DNA of 64,000 bases from Eledone cirrhosa (GCA_964016885.1 CAXHJY010000589.1:128603-192602); one strand, 5' to 3'. Positions 1 to 13,365 are shown, counted from the first letter of the stretch. The notes: a model not told the origin generated them from the letters alone. Made by a program: numbers and translations.

Positions 1-1219
1 TAGGAGATCTATCCCCGTCCGACGGGAGGAGTTGACAGGTCTGGTAGGCTCTATGTGGATAAAGATCGTTGGGAAATATAATGGTTTCTGAGTTAGACAC
101 AAGGTCAGCAATTTTGGGAGGAGAGAAAAGTTGATTCAATCAACCCCAGTGCATTACTGGTACTTTATTTTATTGACTCGGTAAGGATGAAAGGCAAAGC
201 TAACCTCGGCGGGATTTGAAGTCAGAACGTAAAGAACTGTACCTCTATGCCGCTAATCATATTGTTCGACGCTCTACCAATCCAATTCGGAAATATAATG
301 CAAATAATAAACTTGGTTGAGAAATTTCTATATTCGAGGTTCAGTTCTTGTTTGTCTATGATTAATGGCAATTCAAACACTGACAACGTCTACAAACCTC
401 CAAATATAGATAGGACTGAAAATGAAGGAGAATGAAATTATTGAAAATATCGAACATTTTCTCTGAGATTGTTTCTATCATATATAAGAATCCAGGAAAT
501 AATTCCGAGGATACAGAAACAGGTATTGTAACTAGCTACATCATTTATAATGGCTAAGAAAGTCAACGGGTTGTTGCTTAAAACACAAAAGCAATAGACA
601 GAACGGAATATGAAGAGGATGACGTGTTTCAGCTTGTAAAAGACAAACTAGTCTCAATTTAATAAGCACGAAGATTACGTTTGTAAAGAAACAATTGGGA
701 AACAGGTTTTACAATGTTCTGCGCTGAAATATGCCTGAAAGAATTGATCTGCATGAATTTGATGTAATTAATATTAGTTCTCATCAGTCTGATATAACAT
801 ATTGGTAGATATTTGGCTGCTACTGTAAATTTTAAGCTTGGCTGTTCGTGAACAGCAACGTACGGCCTATATATAGTTGAAAATACATCGATCCTTTCAA
901 GTCCCATATTATGAAACTATTCAACATTGGCTATGATGATCAATCTATTTCATTTAGCCCCGGTCGAAAGTTAGAAGGGTTAAAGGAAAAAATAATTAAC
1001 CCCGACTTGATCTCCTGTCCGAAATTGAAATTCGTCCAGAAATGACAATATTTGAAATGGAGACTGCAATATATTTTTCGAACAGGTCCCTCTACCTAAA
1101 GCCTGGACGCGTCCCTTTTTAACCTGTATGAAGGACGGCACGGTATGGTGTTTCTTTGTTTTCTTCATTATATTGTAGTTTCAGTTTTGGTGGTCTTATT
1201 CGCGCAAGTCACCAATCTG

Positions 1220-1450
1220 GCACTTAGTCAAACACGCGAAGGAAAGAATCGCTGGACAGATTTTACGGGCCAAACCAACCAGCAAGAGGACCAGGGGTAG
1301 ACCCCGAGCAAGATGGTTACATAACATCCATGAGCTTGTTTGGTCATGCTTGGGGATCAAGCCGGAGCAGTTGGCGGTGGTTGCTTCTGACAGAACCCGT
1401 TGGAAGGAGTTTGAGGACTTTTCCCTGCCCCACAACCATCTCAGGAATAC
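1220..1450 (+). mobile_element. RTE-type LINE 3' remnant
   Basis: Frame reads HLVKHAKERIAGQILRAKPTSKRTRGRPRARWLHNIHEL...VASDRTRWK. Related fragments at about 32650-32805 (-), 45000-45175 (+) and 50020-50130 (+). Confidence 0.8.
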
Positions 1451-2348
1451 GTGGGCAAAGAAGAATTACAATACTTATGACTAAAATTCAAAAATGGCCA
1501 AACAACTACATTTTCACCATCTTTAGGAAGCAGTGGACCAAATATGCTTTCCATTGCGTGCTTCTTTGTTTGTTAAAAAAGCCGAGCTTCAGAATCATTT
1601 CAAGAGGATCATCCGCCTTATATAAAATGTGTACTAAGTGTTACCAAAAGTAAAAGATGAAAAGCAAATTCAATTAAAACCACTTAGAAGACATCTGGGT
1701 GCCTACTCACAAATAAATGGCATTTTAATAGCAACAAAGAAAATATGAAAAAGGTTTGCATAGTGTACACAAGTTAGGAATAAGGAAACGTTTTTTTTTT
1801 TTAGTTCTAAAAAATTCTCAGAACTTCGTCTTTAAGTATTTGTCGAAATTTTAAAAAGTGTTTCAAATTCAACAAAAAAGCATTGCTCTACATTTTGATC
1901 CTTATCTCGTAGAGTTTGACGCTGGCATCAAACTCTACGCACACATACACGCAGATACACACACGCGTGTGTGTGTGTGTGTGTGGTGTGTGGTGTGTGG
2001 TGTGTGTGTGTGTATATTTATATATATATATATATATACATATATACATACACACATACATATATAGATAGATACACATATGTACATATATACATATATA
2101 GATAAAGATAAATATACATACACATATATGTACATATATACATATATAGATAAAGATAAATATACATACACATATATGTACATATATATAAATAAATATA
2201 TATACATATAAGTGTGTATAACTACTTGCCCCAGTTTGGCTGGCTGACAAGCAAAAATGCGTTCTACTTGAGAACTAATTAGTTCACAGTAGGATGGGCA
2301 TCAAACAATAGATGGAAACAAGAATAAACCCACGTATTCGGTTATGTA

Positions 2349-2400
<52 letters not shown>

Positions 2401-2844
2401 GTGTGTATAATACAGTAAGTGCTGCAACTTAATTTGACAGCACCATAAATATATGCATGTATGTGTGTATACTGATATATGTGTATGTGTGGTGTGGTGT
2501 GGTGTGGTGTGGTGTGGTGTGGTGTGGTGTGGTGTGGTGTGGTGTGGTGTGGTGTGGTGTGGTGTGGTGTGTCTGTGTCTGTGTCTCTGTGTCTCTGTGT
2601 GTGTGTGTGTGTGTGTGTATGTGTCTGTGTGTGTGTGTCTGTGTGTATGTGTCTGTGTGTGTGTGTCTGTGTGTCTGTCTGTGTGTCTGTCTGTGTGTGT
2701 GTGTGTGTGTACTTGCCCGCGCACCCACACCTTCATACACTTATATAGTTAATATACTCACCAAACTAAGTACAATTGCACGCACGCGGTGAGTATTCAA
2801 TGTATGTAGTAGAGTGATTATTGTTCGAAGCGGATTCAGGGTTG

Positions 2845-4027
2845 GAGGCCATGCTTTGAAACATGGAGTTATGGCCCTTTACGATCTGAGTTCAAATCCC
2901 GCTGAGGTTAACTTTGCCTTTCATCCTTACGGGGGTCGATAAAATAAAGTACCAGTAATGCAGTGGGGTAATTGCTGGCCTTGTGCCTAAAGTAGAAACA
3001 ATTATTACCCAGTTTCTTGTATATCTATGATTTGGGGGCAGCAAAATGAAGGATGAAAAGGCTTCATTAGTTTACAAAGGTACCAAAGATGATATATATT
3101 AGTTAAGTAAAGATTCATTGGCAGTATCGGTAGAGGGTCGGACGCCATGCTTTCCAGCATAGTTACGTCCCTTTACAATCTGAGTTCAAATCCCGCCGAG
3201 GTTAACTTTGCCTTTCATCCTTACGGGGGTCGATAAAATAAAGTACCAGTAATGCACTGGGGTAATTGCTGGCCCCTTGTGCCTAAAGTAGAAACAATTA
3301 TTACCCAGTTTCTTGTATATCTATGATTTGGGGGCAGCAAAATGAAGGATGAAAAGGCTTCATTAGTTTACAAAGGTACCAAAGATGATATATATTAGTT
3401 AAGTAAAGATTCATTGGCAGTATCGGTAGAGGGTCGGACGCCATGCTTTCCAGCATAGTTACGTCCCTTTACGATCTGAGTTCAAATCCCGCCGAGGTTG
3501 ACTTTGCCTTTCATCCTTACGGGGTCGATAAAATAAAAAGTACCAGTAATGCACTGGGTAATTGCTGGCCTTGTGCCTAAAGTAGAAACAAGTATTTTAA
3601 TGTTGATAGGAGTAGTTTATAAAAAAAAGATATCTAGAAAGTTAGTGTTTCGAGGTTGATGTTGGTGATTTTTAAATCGAATTTCTTGAAAAATAACTGT
3701 TTCTACTTTATTTTATCGACCCTGTAAGGATGAAATGCAAAGTTAACCTCGACGAGATTTGAACTCAGACCATAAAGAAACGTAACTATGCTAGAAAGCA
3801 TAGCATCCAACCCTCTACCGATACTGCCAAGAATAAATAATTGTTTCTACGTTAGGCACAAGGCCAGCAATTACCCAGTGCATTACTGGTACTTTATTTT
3901 ATCGACTCCGTAAGGATGAAAGGCAAAGTCAACCTCGGCGGGATTTGAACTCGGATCGTAAAGGGATGTAACTATGCTGGAAAGTATGGCGTCCGACCCT
4001 CTACCGATACTGCCAATCCACCGCCCT
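2845..4027. mobile_element. Cluster of five family-1 tRNA-derived SINEs (three +, two -)
   Basis: Consensus GGCGGTGGATTGGCAGTATCGGTAGAG...GAGTTCAAATCCCGCCGAGGTTGACTTTGCCTTTCATCCTTACGGGGTCGATAAAATAAAGTACCAGT...TTGCTGGCCTTGTGCCTAAAGTAGAAAC with A/B boxes and an (ATT)n tail. Other copies near 70-290, 10555-10728, 12735-12922, 14546-14727, 17660-17850, 25915-26110, 29305-29458 and 40850-40937. Confidence 0.9.
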
Positions 4028-4954
4028 TATTTCTTGAAAAATAACATCCTTATTACTTCTTGTCTGAATGTGTACACATTGTTGCCATTCATATTATGGG
4101 AAGTGGCTAGACAGTCATCCGTTTATGATTCTATACTATGGGAACTTAACGTTTTTCTTATTATATCAAAAATATACAGACCAAATAATTCGCACACTTC
4201 AGCTCCATCGAAACTCCCATGGACACATCGAAAAGTTCATCATCCGCCTTAATGATCCAAATTTAATCGCCATGAAACAAGTGCGACCTTATAGCTTTCT
4301 TAATTATTCTGATTCCAGTCCCGCTAAATGTAATGAATATTTACCCAAATTTCTAGAAACAATATTTAGAAACGAGTAGAAAAGTTCACTATACCGGATT
4401 GGATGAATTTGTAAAGTGTTTTGTTTTTTATTCTTTTAAGCTACTTAATTACAGCTCTGCGGCAGTTCCACTGGGCTAAATTTGAGGTATAACTTACCGT
4501 TATATCAAAAGAAACGAGGGTCTATTTGGGAATTCCTCACAATTTAGTTTTGGATGGGGTTTATTAATTTATGTTTTAATTAGATAAAAATTTGTCTTCG
4601 TGGTCTTTTAAGGTGGGATATGGTTTCGCATATCAGAAATTTCCTGCGGGTTTAATTGGAACTCAGGTATTTTTGCCTCGGCATTAATAATGTTGTAAGT
4701 ATTAGCGCTTGTCTTCTTTTTGGGGGGTGGGTGGGTGTAGATACCTTATCTGACAGGGATTACAATATGCAGAGTTGTTTAGTTTGTATATGTATCTTTT
4801 CTTTTTTTCTACAAGTTTGTGGATATTAAAGGAATGTCTAAGATTTAATGTGTTCATTTAGAAAGTTCTGGAAGTGTGATAAGAGAATAGTTTTACAGGT
4901 CTTTATTGTGAGGGGAAATTTTCGTGATCTGGAACCGACCGTACTGATTACGCA

Positions 4955-6305
4955 TAGACACACAGACACACACATACACACACACAGACAAACACACACA
5001 CACAGACACACACACACACACACACAGACACACAGACACACACACACACACACACAGACACACAGACACACACAGACACACACACACAGACACACACACA
5101 CACAGACACACACACACAGACACACAGACACACACAGACACACACAGACACACAGACACACAGACACAGACACAGACACACACAGACACACAGACACACA
5201 GACAGACACACACACAGACACACAGACACACACACACAGACACACAGACAGACACACACACAGACACACACACACAGACACACACACAGACACACAGACA
5301 CAGACACACAGACACACACACAGACACACAGACACACAGACACACACACACAGACACACACAGACACACACACACACACACACACAGACACACACACACA
5401 CAGACACACACAGACACACACACACAGACGCGCACACACAAACACACACACACACAGACGCGCGCACACACGCACGCACACACACACACACAGACACACA
5501 CACACACACAGACACACACACAGACAGACACACACACACAGACACACACACACAGACACACACACAGACAGACACACACACCTCTCTCCATTTCACTAGT
5601 TGATGAAAATGATCAACTGCAGTTGCTTATGCAACATAATTATACAGCACAACAACAACAACTAAGGAATCAGCGACAACAATTGCAACTACCACACAAC
5701 AGCAACTACCACAACAACAACAACAACTAAGGAATCAGCGACAACAACAGCAACTACCACACAACAGCAACTACAACGACAGCAACAACAGCAACTACCA
5801 CAACAGCAACTACAACGACAGCAACAACAGCAACTACCACAACAGCAACTACAACGACAGCAACAACAGCAACTACCACAACAGCAACTACAACGACAGC
5901 AACAACAGCAACTACAACGACAGCAACAACAGCAACTACCACAACAGCAACTACAACGACAGCAACAACAGCAACTACCACAACAAACAACATCAATAAC
6001 AACAGCAACTACCACAACAGCAACATCACCAACAACAGCAACAACAACAGCAACATCAACAACAACAGCAACATCAACAACAACAGCAACAACAACAGCA
6101 ACATCAACAACCACAACAGCAACATCAACAACCACAACATCAACCACAACAGCAACTACCACAACAGCAACTACCACAACAGCAACTACCACAACAGCAA
6201 CAACGACAACGACAACGACGACGACGACGACGACAACGACAACGACAACAACAACAACAGCAACAGCAACTACCACAACAACAACAACAACAACAACAAC
6301 AACAC
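4955..6305. repeat. (CA/CAGA)n tract followed by a CAA/CAG/CTA trinucleotide tract
   Basis: 4955-5581 and 5645-6305. Confidence 0.95.
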
Positions 6306-6540
6306 GCCTTAGTCCACAGTTATGGACTTTTCCATTGTATTTGATTTTGTTTCTTTTATCTCTTTTATCTCATTTCTCTCCACTCCTGTCATTAACTCAC
6401 CTGAACCACACCTCTCCACATATCTACTTATAACATCTACCTAGCCTAGTCACCACCCCCAACTTCTACCCACTTACCTATCTATCCACCCGCCCGTCAC
6501 TTCGACTGTGTGTCTGTTTGTCTATCTACTTATCTATACA

Positions 6541-6638
<98 letters not shown>

Positions 6639-6759
6639 AGGTGAGTTTTATTGTAGTACAATAAAGCAATGCAGATATCGGATAAGAAGCACTCTACAGT
6701 TTGTTGATTTAAAACTGCACTATCCACAAGTGTTTTTTAGCCTTCATATCATGTTCTCC

Positions 6760-6830
6760 TGTTTTATCTGATGAAAACACAAATATTATTGCATGATGAT
6801 GTTTGTTTTTGAAATGCGCATAATAAAATA
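6760..6830 (+). ncRNA. Hammerhead ribozyme (helix III palindrome TGCGCA, AUA triplet)
   Basis: TGTTTTAT-CTGATGA-(AAAcACAAATAT...ATGTTTGTtTTT)-GAAA-TGCGCA-TA-ATAAAATA; 8-bp stem I and long stem II; element bounded by (TA)n on both sides. Confidence 0.8.
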
Positions 6831-6858
6831 CAAGGAACTCCTTTAACCATCTTTTGAT

Positions 6859-6909
<51 letters not shown>

Positions 6910-7003
6910 GAAGTAATTCCGTCGGAAAAGTCCAGGAAAAAAGAGTGCTCTATGTAGGTAACAGAGCTTAATAGTTATGTAATGAACAACATAAGGCAAT
7001 TAT

Positions 7004-7062
7004 TTCATTTACCAGTGGTTTCTTAAAAGCAAAAACATTTTGCTTTCAATCATCAGAATGAA
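7004..7062 (-). ncRNA. Hammerhead ribozyme, CCACTGG family (left arm of fold-back)
   Basis: Reverse complement of the 7128-7186 motif. Confidence 0.8.
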
Positions 7063-7127
7063 AAAATGCAATCTATGATTGCATTTTTGTTTTTAAAATC
7101 CAAAGTCAATAAATACGCCAGGATTTT

Positions 7128-7186
7128 TTCATTCTGATGATTGAAAGCAAAATGTTTTTGTTTTTAAGAAACCACTGGTAAATGAA
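7128..7186 (+). ncRNA. Hammerhead ribozyme, CCACTGG family
   Basis: TTCATT-CTGATGA-TTGAAAGCAAAA tgt TTTTGTTTTTAA-GAAA-CCA c TGG-TA-AATGAA; all three stems pair; GUA triplet. Confidence 0.85.
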
Positions 7187-8246
7187 ATAATTGCCTTATG
7201 TTGTTTATTACATAACTATATATATATATATATATATATAACAAAGGAATTGTGGTAAGGAACCAGTTGGACCATAACGCACCAGAGTACTCAATACTTA
7301 GGGTAGTAGAGTGGGAAATAGGAAAAAAATATATACATATATAGGGGTTATATACATACATCGGTAGGGGTTCTCCTACATGGATATAAAGTAGTGGCCA
7401 TACTCGAAAACGAGTTGGCAGCCACCATGTATGTATGTATGTATGTATGTCTCTTAATTTCGAGTACATTTTTTTTGACCGGCCACCTTCCTGGTGGCAA
7501 GGTTGTAAAAGAAAAGAAATTGTCATCCCTTGAATCGCAAGAATGTTTTGCAAATTTTGAAGGTGCCAGCTATCGCAGCCATTTGTAGACTATGAATTAG
7601 GGAGCTGCGCTATGTATGTATGTATGTATGTATGTATGTATGTATGTATGTTCTTCCGAAAGTGTGTAAATATGTATATACACATGTACCGCGCGGTTAA
7701 ACCACTGGGAGTAAAGGACCCCTAGCCTTTGTCAGGGCATTCTTCTAGGAGAAGGCAACTCAGGTAACTGGGATAACTCTGATATAAAACCTGCGGCTCA
7801 GTAGTTACCGATGATGTTGATCTTTTCCTCTTTTCGGGTTATAGCTATTGTCGCTCAGAGAGTGGGATTGGCTCAGTGCACAGTCTTTCATTACTTTAAA
7901 AAATATCTTCACGCACAGGCATTGCACGATAGAATTAATAAATAATTATTAATAATGGTATATCGTGCAATGACCATACTCGATAATGAGGGGGAAGCCA
8001 TCATGTATGTATGTATGTATGTATCTGTCCGTGCATCTATCTGTCTTTCTACAAACCTATCCATCCATCGTCCCAACTTTCAACCCATACATCTCTCCGC
8101 CACACTAAACCAACAATAAAACATGACGTACACCGTTTCGAACAAATTTTATTTCGTTTGATTTTACTTCGTTTTAATCTATTTTATCTCCCTTTCTTTC
8201 TTGGAACAACACACAACAGCAAAACCTACAATAACAGTATTAACCT

Positions 8247-9009
8247 CTACAACGTACGTATTCTTGTTGGCAAACGTACAATAACGTCTACAACGTACGT
8301 ATTCATGTTGGCAAACGTACAATAACGTCTACAACGTACGTATTTTTGTTAGCAAACGTACAATAATGTCTACAACGTACGTATTCTTGTTGGAAAACGT
8401 ACAATAACGTCTACAACGTACGTATTTTTGTTAGCAAACGTACAATAATGTCTACAACGTACGTATTTTTGTTAGCAAACGTACAATAACGTCTACAACG
8501 TACGTATTCTTGTTGGCAAACGTACTATAACGTCTACAACGTACCTATTTTTGTTAGCAAACGTACAATAACGTCTACAACGTACGTATGTTTGTTAGCA
8601 AACGTACAATAATGTCTACAACGTACGTATTTTTAATCGCAAACGTACAATAACGTCTACAACGTACGTATTTTTGTTCGCAAACGTACAATAACGTCTA
8701 CAACGTACGTATGTTTGTTAGCAAACGCACAATAACGTGTTCAACGTAATGTTTTTGTTAGCAAACGTACAATAACGTCTACAACGTACGTATTTTTGTT
8801 CGCAAACGTACAATAAAGTCTACAACGCACAATAACGTCTACAACGTACGTATTTTTGTTCGCAAACGTACAATAAAGTCTACAACGCACAATAACGTCT
8901 ACAACGTACGTATTTTTGTTAGCAGACGTACAATAACGTGTTCAATGTACGTATTTTTGTTAGCAGACGTACAATAACGTGTTCAATGTACGTATTTTTG
9001 TTAGCAAAC
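8247..9009. repeat. 41-bp ACGT-rich minisatellite, about 18 copies
   Basis: Unit CTACAACGTACGTATTYTTGTTRGCAAACGTACAATAACGT. Confidence 0.95.
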
Positions 9010-9696
9010 TTGAAATAGTAATTTCATAAATTTCAGAGGTTACCCGACACCCTTCCTTCCGAATGCGAATAAATTGCTTGCAAGGTTTAGCAGAGATAAG
9101 CCAAGTGCATTGTCGGACACGCTTCTCCTTCTCTCACTAAATAAACACACGTGTGTTTGTGTGTGTGTGTACGTGTGTCTATATGTACGTGTGTATATAT
9201 ATTACCTATTCACTCTTTTTTCCTTTAACGCTGTCCATCACTCTTTCTACACCCTGCCCCCCCCCCTCTCTCCACCTTTCTATCTCTAATTCTCATTATC
9301 TCGTGACATTTCGCTGTTACGAATGGAATTTACCGGATGTATAGTTTGGTAATCTAGAAAAAGTAATAATGAAAGGAAAATAAATATATACAACACACAC
9401 ACACCTACACCCACCCCTACACACACTCACACCTACACACCCACCCCTACACACACACCTACACACACATTCACACATACACACACCTACACACACACAC
9501 TCACACCTACACACACAAACCCCTACACACGCACACACCCCTACACACACACCCCTATACACACCCCTACACACACCTACACCTACACCTACACACACAC
9601 GTACATTTATTTACGTGCGTGTGTTTGGATGTATTTGTATCTATAGACAAGTGAAATATGTTCCTGTATGAAATAAAAGAGGGCAAAGATCCTACT

Positions 9697-10003
9697 TTAA
9701 TCACGTATGATCATGGGCTTTGCGCCTAGAAAGTTCCCCTCCGAGGCCCAAGTCCGAGCAAGATTGTTTGTGGAAAGCCAGACTCCCTTCTGCACACCAC
9801 CGATGTTGTCCAAGGGAAATGGTAAATGCCGATACAGCTTGGCACCAGTGACTTCGCAGTTTATTTCTACAGTTAAGTCAACTGGGGCAACGTGGAATAT
9901 AGAGTTTTGCTCGAGAACACAACACAGCCCAGTCCGAGGATCGAACTTACAACCTCATGAGTGTAAACCCAACGCTCTAACCACTAAGCCACGCGCCTTC
10001 ACA
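9697..10003 (-). mobile_element. Family-2 tRNA-derived SINE
   Basis: Head GTGAAGGCGCGTGGCTTAGTGGTTAGAGCG...GTTCGATCC then a core GAGCAA...TTCCACGTTGCCCCAGTTGACT. Confidence 0.8.
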
Positions 10004-10162
10004 TAATATCTACATATAACCATACATATAAATACATACATATAAATACATACATATAAATACATACATAACCATACATATAAATACATACATATAACCA
10101 TACATCCATACATATAAATACATACAATTACTTCCCCCAATAAAAAGACGAAAATGAAAAGA

Positions 10163-10236
10163 TAGCCAGTGTGGGGGGTCGAACCGACGACCTTCGCGTT
10201 ATGGTTCCACGCTTTAACCAACCAAGATGACTGGGA
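10163..10236 (-). pseudogene. Degenerate tRNA gene, closest to tRNA-Ile
   Basis: - strand CCCAGTCATCTTGGTTGGTTAAAGCGTGGAACCATAACGCGAAGGTCGTCGGTTCGACCCCCCACACTGGCTA: A- and B-box-like motifs, CCAGT/ACTGG acceptor pairing, downstream T4-T5 tracts; anticodon and T stems broken. Confidence 0.6.
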
Positions 10237-10859
10237 GACACACAGACAAACATTTCCGACTAGTCAAGTCTCGGATTATGGAAGACCCATCTCTGGTTCC
10301 ACGCTTTAACCAACCAAGATGACTGGGAGACACACAGACAAACATTTCCGACTAGTCAAGTCTCGGATTATGGAAGACCCATCTTCGGACGTAAAATAAC
10401 GATAATCATATAAATGTATGGAACCATCTCTTCCTAGAGTCTGAATATAGCCGATTTAATCAAGAGAAAGAGAGGAAGTGAAAAGGAGGTATAGTGGAAG
10501 AATCGATCCAACTATTACTATAGTTATCTGCATTATGGCGATATATATATATTATAATTGTTTCTACTTTTGGCACAAGGCCAGCAATTACCCAGTGTAT
10601 TACTGGTACTTTATTTTATCGACTCCGTAAGGATGAAAGGCAAAGTTAACCTCGGCGGGATTTGAACTCAGAATGGCAAGGGCCGTAACTCTATGCGTCA
10701 AAGCATAGCGTCCGAGCCTCTACCGATAATAAAATAACAGGAGGCTGGACTTGTGTAAATCCTTGAAAGGTTTATTATACTATGAGTACTCTCCATATTA
10801 TTACATCAAGATTGACCATACGGAATGACCAGCTTTATCCAGTGGTGAACCTTCGAACC

Positions 10860-10917
<58 letters not shown>

Positions 10918-11400
10918 ACTATATATATATATATATAGTTGTGAATAGTGGTAGCTATGGTGCTTCCATAGGCGGTATGCCAAAATTAGCACTCGATATT
11001 CATCAGAGTAGAGTGTAGATATTATAAAGAAAACGAAAAATGATGAAAAGTGATGCATCTGGACTTAGCTTATTTCGTGTTACAAATGTTTCGCCGGCAT
11101 GTAGCTCGAGTCATGGTCCTTGTATGGATCTGGCTGATTCTACTTCTGCGAGTTCTTTCAGACACGGGTGAATAGCAACATCACAACTTACAATTAAGGA
11201 CAAAATGAAAACACACACACACACACATAGAACAAACAACCAACCAGTAACATGTAAATAAACAAATAAATAAACAAATATAAACACACACAGACACCCG
11301 GATGTAACACATGCGCAAACTAAGCATACAACACACACAAAAACAAGATGGCGTAGGACAGAACAAAGGAGAGGCACAAAAACAAAGAAAAGAATCCCCA

Positions 11401-11443
11401 GTCACTGAAGAGGTCACAGAATGTGTGACGAAAGAACTTTGAC
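11401..11443 (+). ncRNA. Minimal hammerhead-like motif
   Basis: GTCA-CTGAAGA-g-GTCACA gaatg TGTGAC-GAAA-GAAC-TT-TGAC; stems I and II pair; CUU triplet. Confidence 0.65.
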
Positions 11444-11595
11444 AATATATGAACAATCGTCTGGTTGTGGAACCAACCAACCAACCGGAAATTTATAAAT
11501 TCCTAAATTTATAAATTTAATTTATAATAAATTGAAGTGAAAGCAACTGGTGCGTGTGTTTCTTATTGGCAACATGACCCTCCCAAAGCATAACA

Positions 11596-11630
<35 letters not shown>

Positions 11631-11936
11631 TACGTATATATACATATATATATATATGTGTGTGTGTATAAACATACCTATACATACATACACACACAGA
11701 CACATATATATGCATATATGTATTATGTATGTGTGTGTGTGTGTGTAGTTTCAAAGTTTCTCAGTATTGTTTAATGGGAAGTCACGCCTAAGATAGTTGT
11801 TACAAGACTACAACTGTTAGAATTAGCTGTGGGGGGGGGGGGTGACAGTATGTCACATGTGTGAAATGGTGATTTCAGAGGTAGCGTGGAGATACGTGTG
11901 ACGGTCAATTTATTCAAGGAGAGTGTCATATTACCG

Positions 11937-12273
11937 TGACTGAGGCACTCCGTCGGTTACGACGATGAGTATTCCAGTTGATCCCATTAACGGAACACCC
12001 CGCTCAAGAAATTAACGTGCAAGTGGTTGAGCATTCCACAAACACGCGTACTCTTAACGTACGTAGTTCTCAGGGAGATTCAGCGCGACGAAGAATGTGA
12101 CAAGGCTGGCCATTCGAATTACAGATACAACTCATTTTTTCCCCAGCTGAGTTGACTGGCGCAACGTGAAATAAAGGGTCTTGCTGAAGGACACAAGGCG
12201 CTGTCGAGAATCGAACTCACCACCTTACGATTGTAAGCCCAATTCCCTAACCACAAAGCCAGGCGCCTTCACA
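11937..12273 (-). mobile_element. Family-2 SINE with a different 3' tail
   Basis: Same head and core (TTGTGTCCTTCAGCAAGAC...TTTCACGTTGCGCCAGTCAACTCAGCTG); a third core-sharing, headless copy lies at about 24040-24214. Confidence 0.8.
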
Positions 12274-12877
12274 CAGCAGTATCTAATAAAAACAAAAGAC
12301 ACTACTAAAGGAAACACAAAAGTTAGAAGAAGAAAAGATAAAAAGGAGAGAAAGAAAAGGATTATGCAACAAAAGAATTGGAGAGGAGCAGACACTACAC
12401 CCCAGTATGGACAATAAGCAGCGCCCCACGGACAAAACGGAAAAAGCGTTAACCCTGAGAATGGTCAAAGCCACCCCCCTGCAACAGACATACCACCTCA
12501 GGTGCCCCCCTCCCCTTCTCAAGCGGTCTTTCCGACTTTACAGAAGAAATCAGCAGTACGGGAACCAAGGACCTCAGAGGTGGGTATCGACGGAAACCTG
12601 TCGGTCGGGCCCTCGTATTGGACTATCTCCGTCTCTTCCAAAAAGCGATCAGCGGAGCCCAGGTTTGTGGCCGAACTGACAAGGCTTGAGGTGGAGAAGG
12701 AGTCACTGCACCTCGCAGACATCGAAATAAATACTTGTTTCTACTTTAGGCACAAGGCCAGCAATTATCCCAGTGCATTACTGGTACTTTATTTTATCGA
12801 CCCCGTAAGGATGAAAGGCAAAGTCAACCTCGGCGAGATTTGAACTCAGATCATAAAGGGACGTAACTATGCTGGAA

Positions 12878-13282
12878 AGCATGGCGTCCGACGCTCTACC
12901 GATACTGCCAATCCACCGCCCTAGCATGGCGTCCGACGCTCTACCGATACTGCCAATCTACCGCCCTAGCATGGCGTCCGACCCTCTACCAATACTGCCA
13001 ATCCACCGCCCTAGCATGGCGTCCGACCCTCTACCGATACTGCCAATCCACCGCCCTAGCATGGCGTCCGACGCTCTACCGATACTGCCAATCCACCGCC
13101 CTAGCATGGCGTCCGACCCTCTACCGATACTGCCAATCCACCGCCCTAGCATGGCGTCCGACGCTCTACCGATACTGCCAATCCACCACCCTAACATGGC
13201 GTCCGACGCTCTACCGATACTGCCAATCCGCCACCCTAACATGGCGTCCGACGCTCTACCGATACTGCCAATCCGCCGCCCT
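12878..13282. repeat. 45-bp tandem repeat of the SINE 5' end, 9 copies
   Basis: Unit AGCATGGCGTCCGACSCTCTACCGATACTGCCAATCCACCGCCCT, continuous with the SINE at 12735. Confidence 0.95.
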
Positions 13283-13365
13283 TCGAAATAAATACTAATG
13301 AGTTGTGGCATACGTCAAGACGGGTCTCAAAAGTGAAACTAATTTTTGACATGTGTGTATATATA

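Noticed and set aside
300-960. Possible decayed RT fragments (VYKPP, STIYRP)
   Set aside because: Only isolated short motifs; cannot be supported without a profile search.
4838-6276. Cys/Val-, His/Thr- and poly-Val/Gln-rich ORFs, metallothionein-like CCC motifs
   Set aside because: Microsatellite translations without splice or codon evidence.
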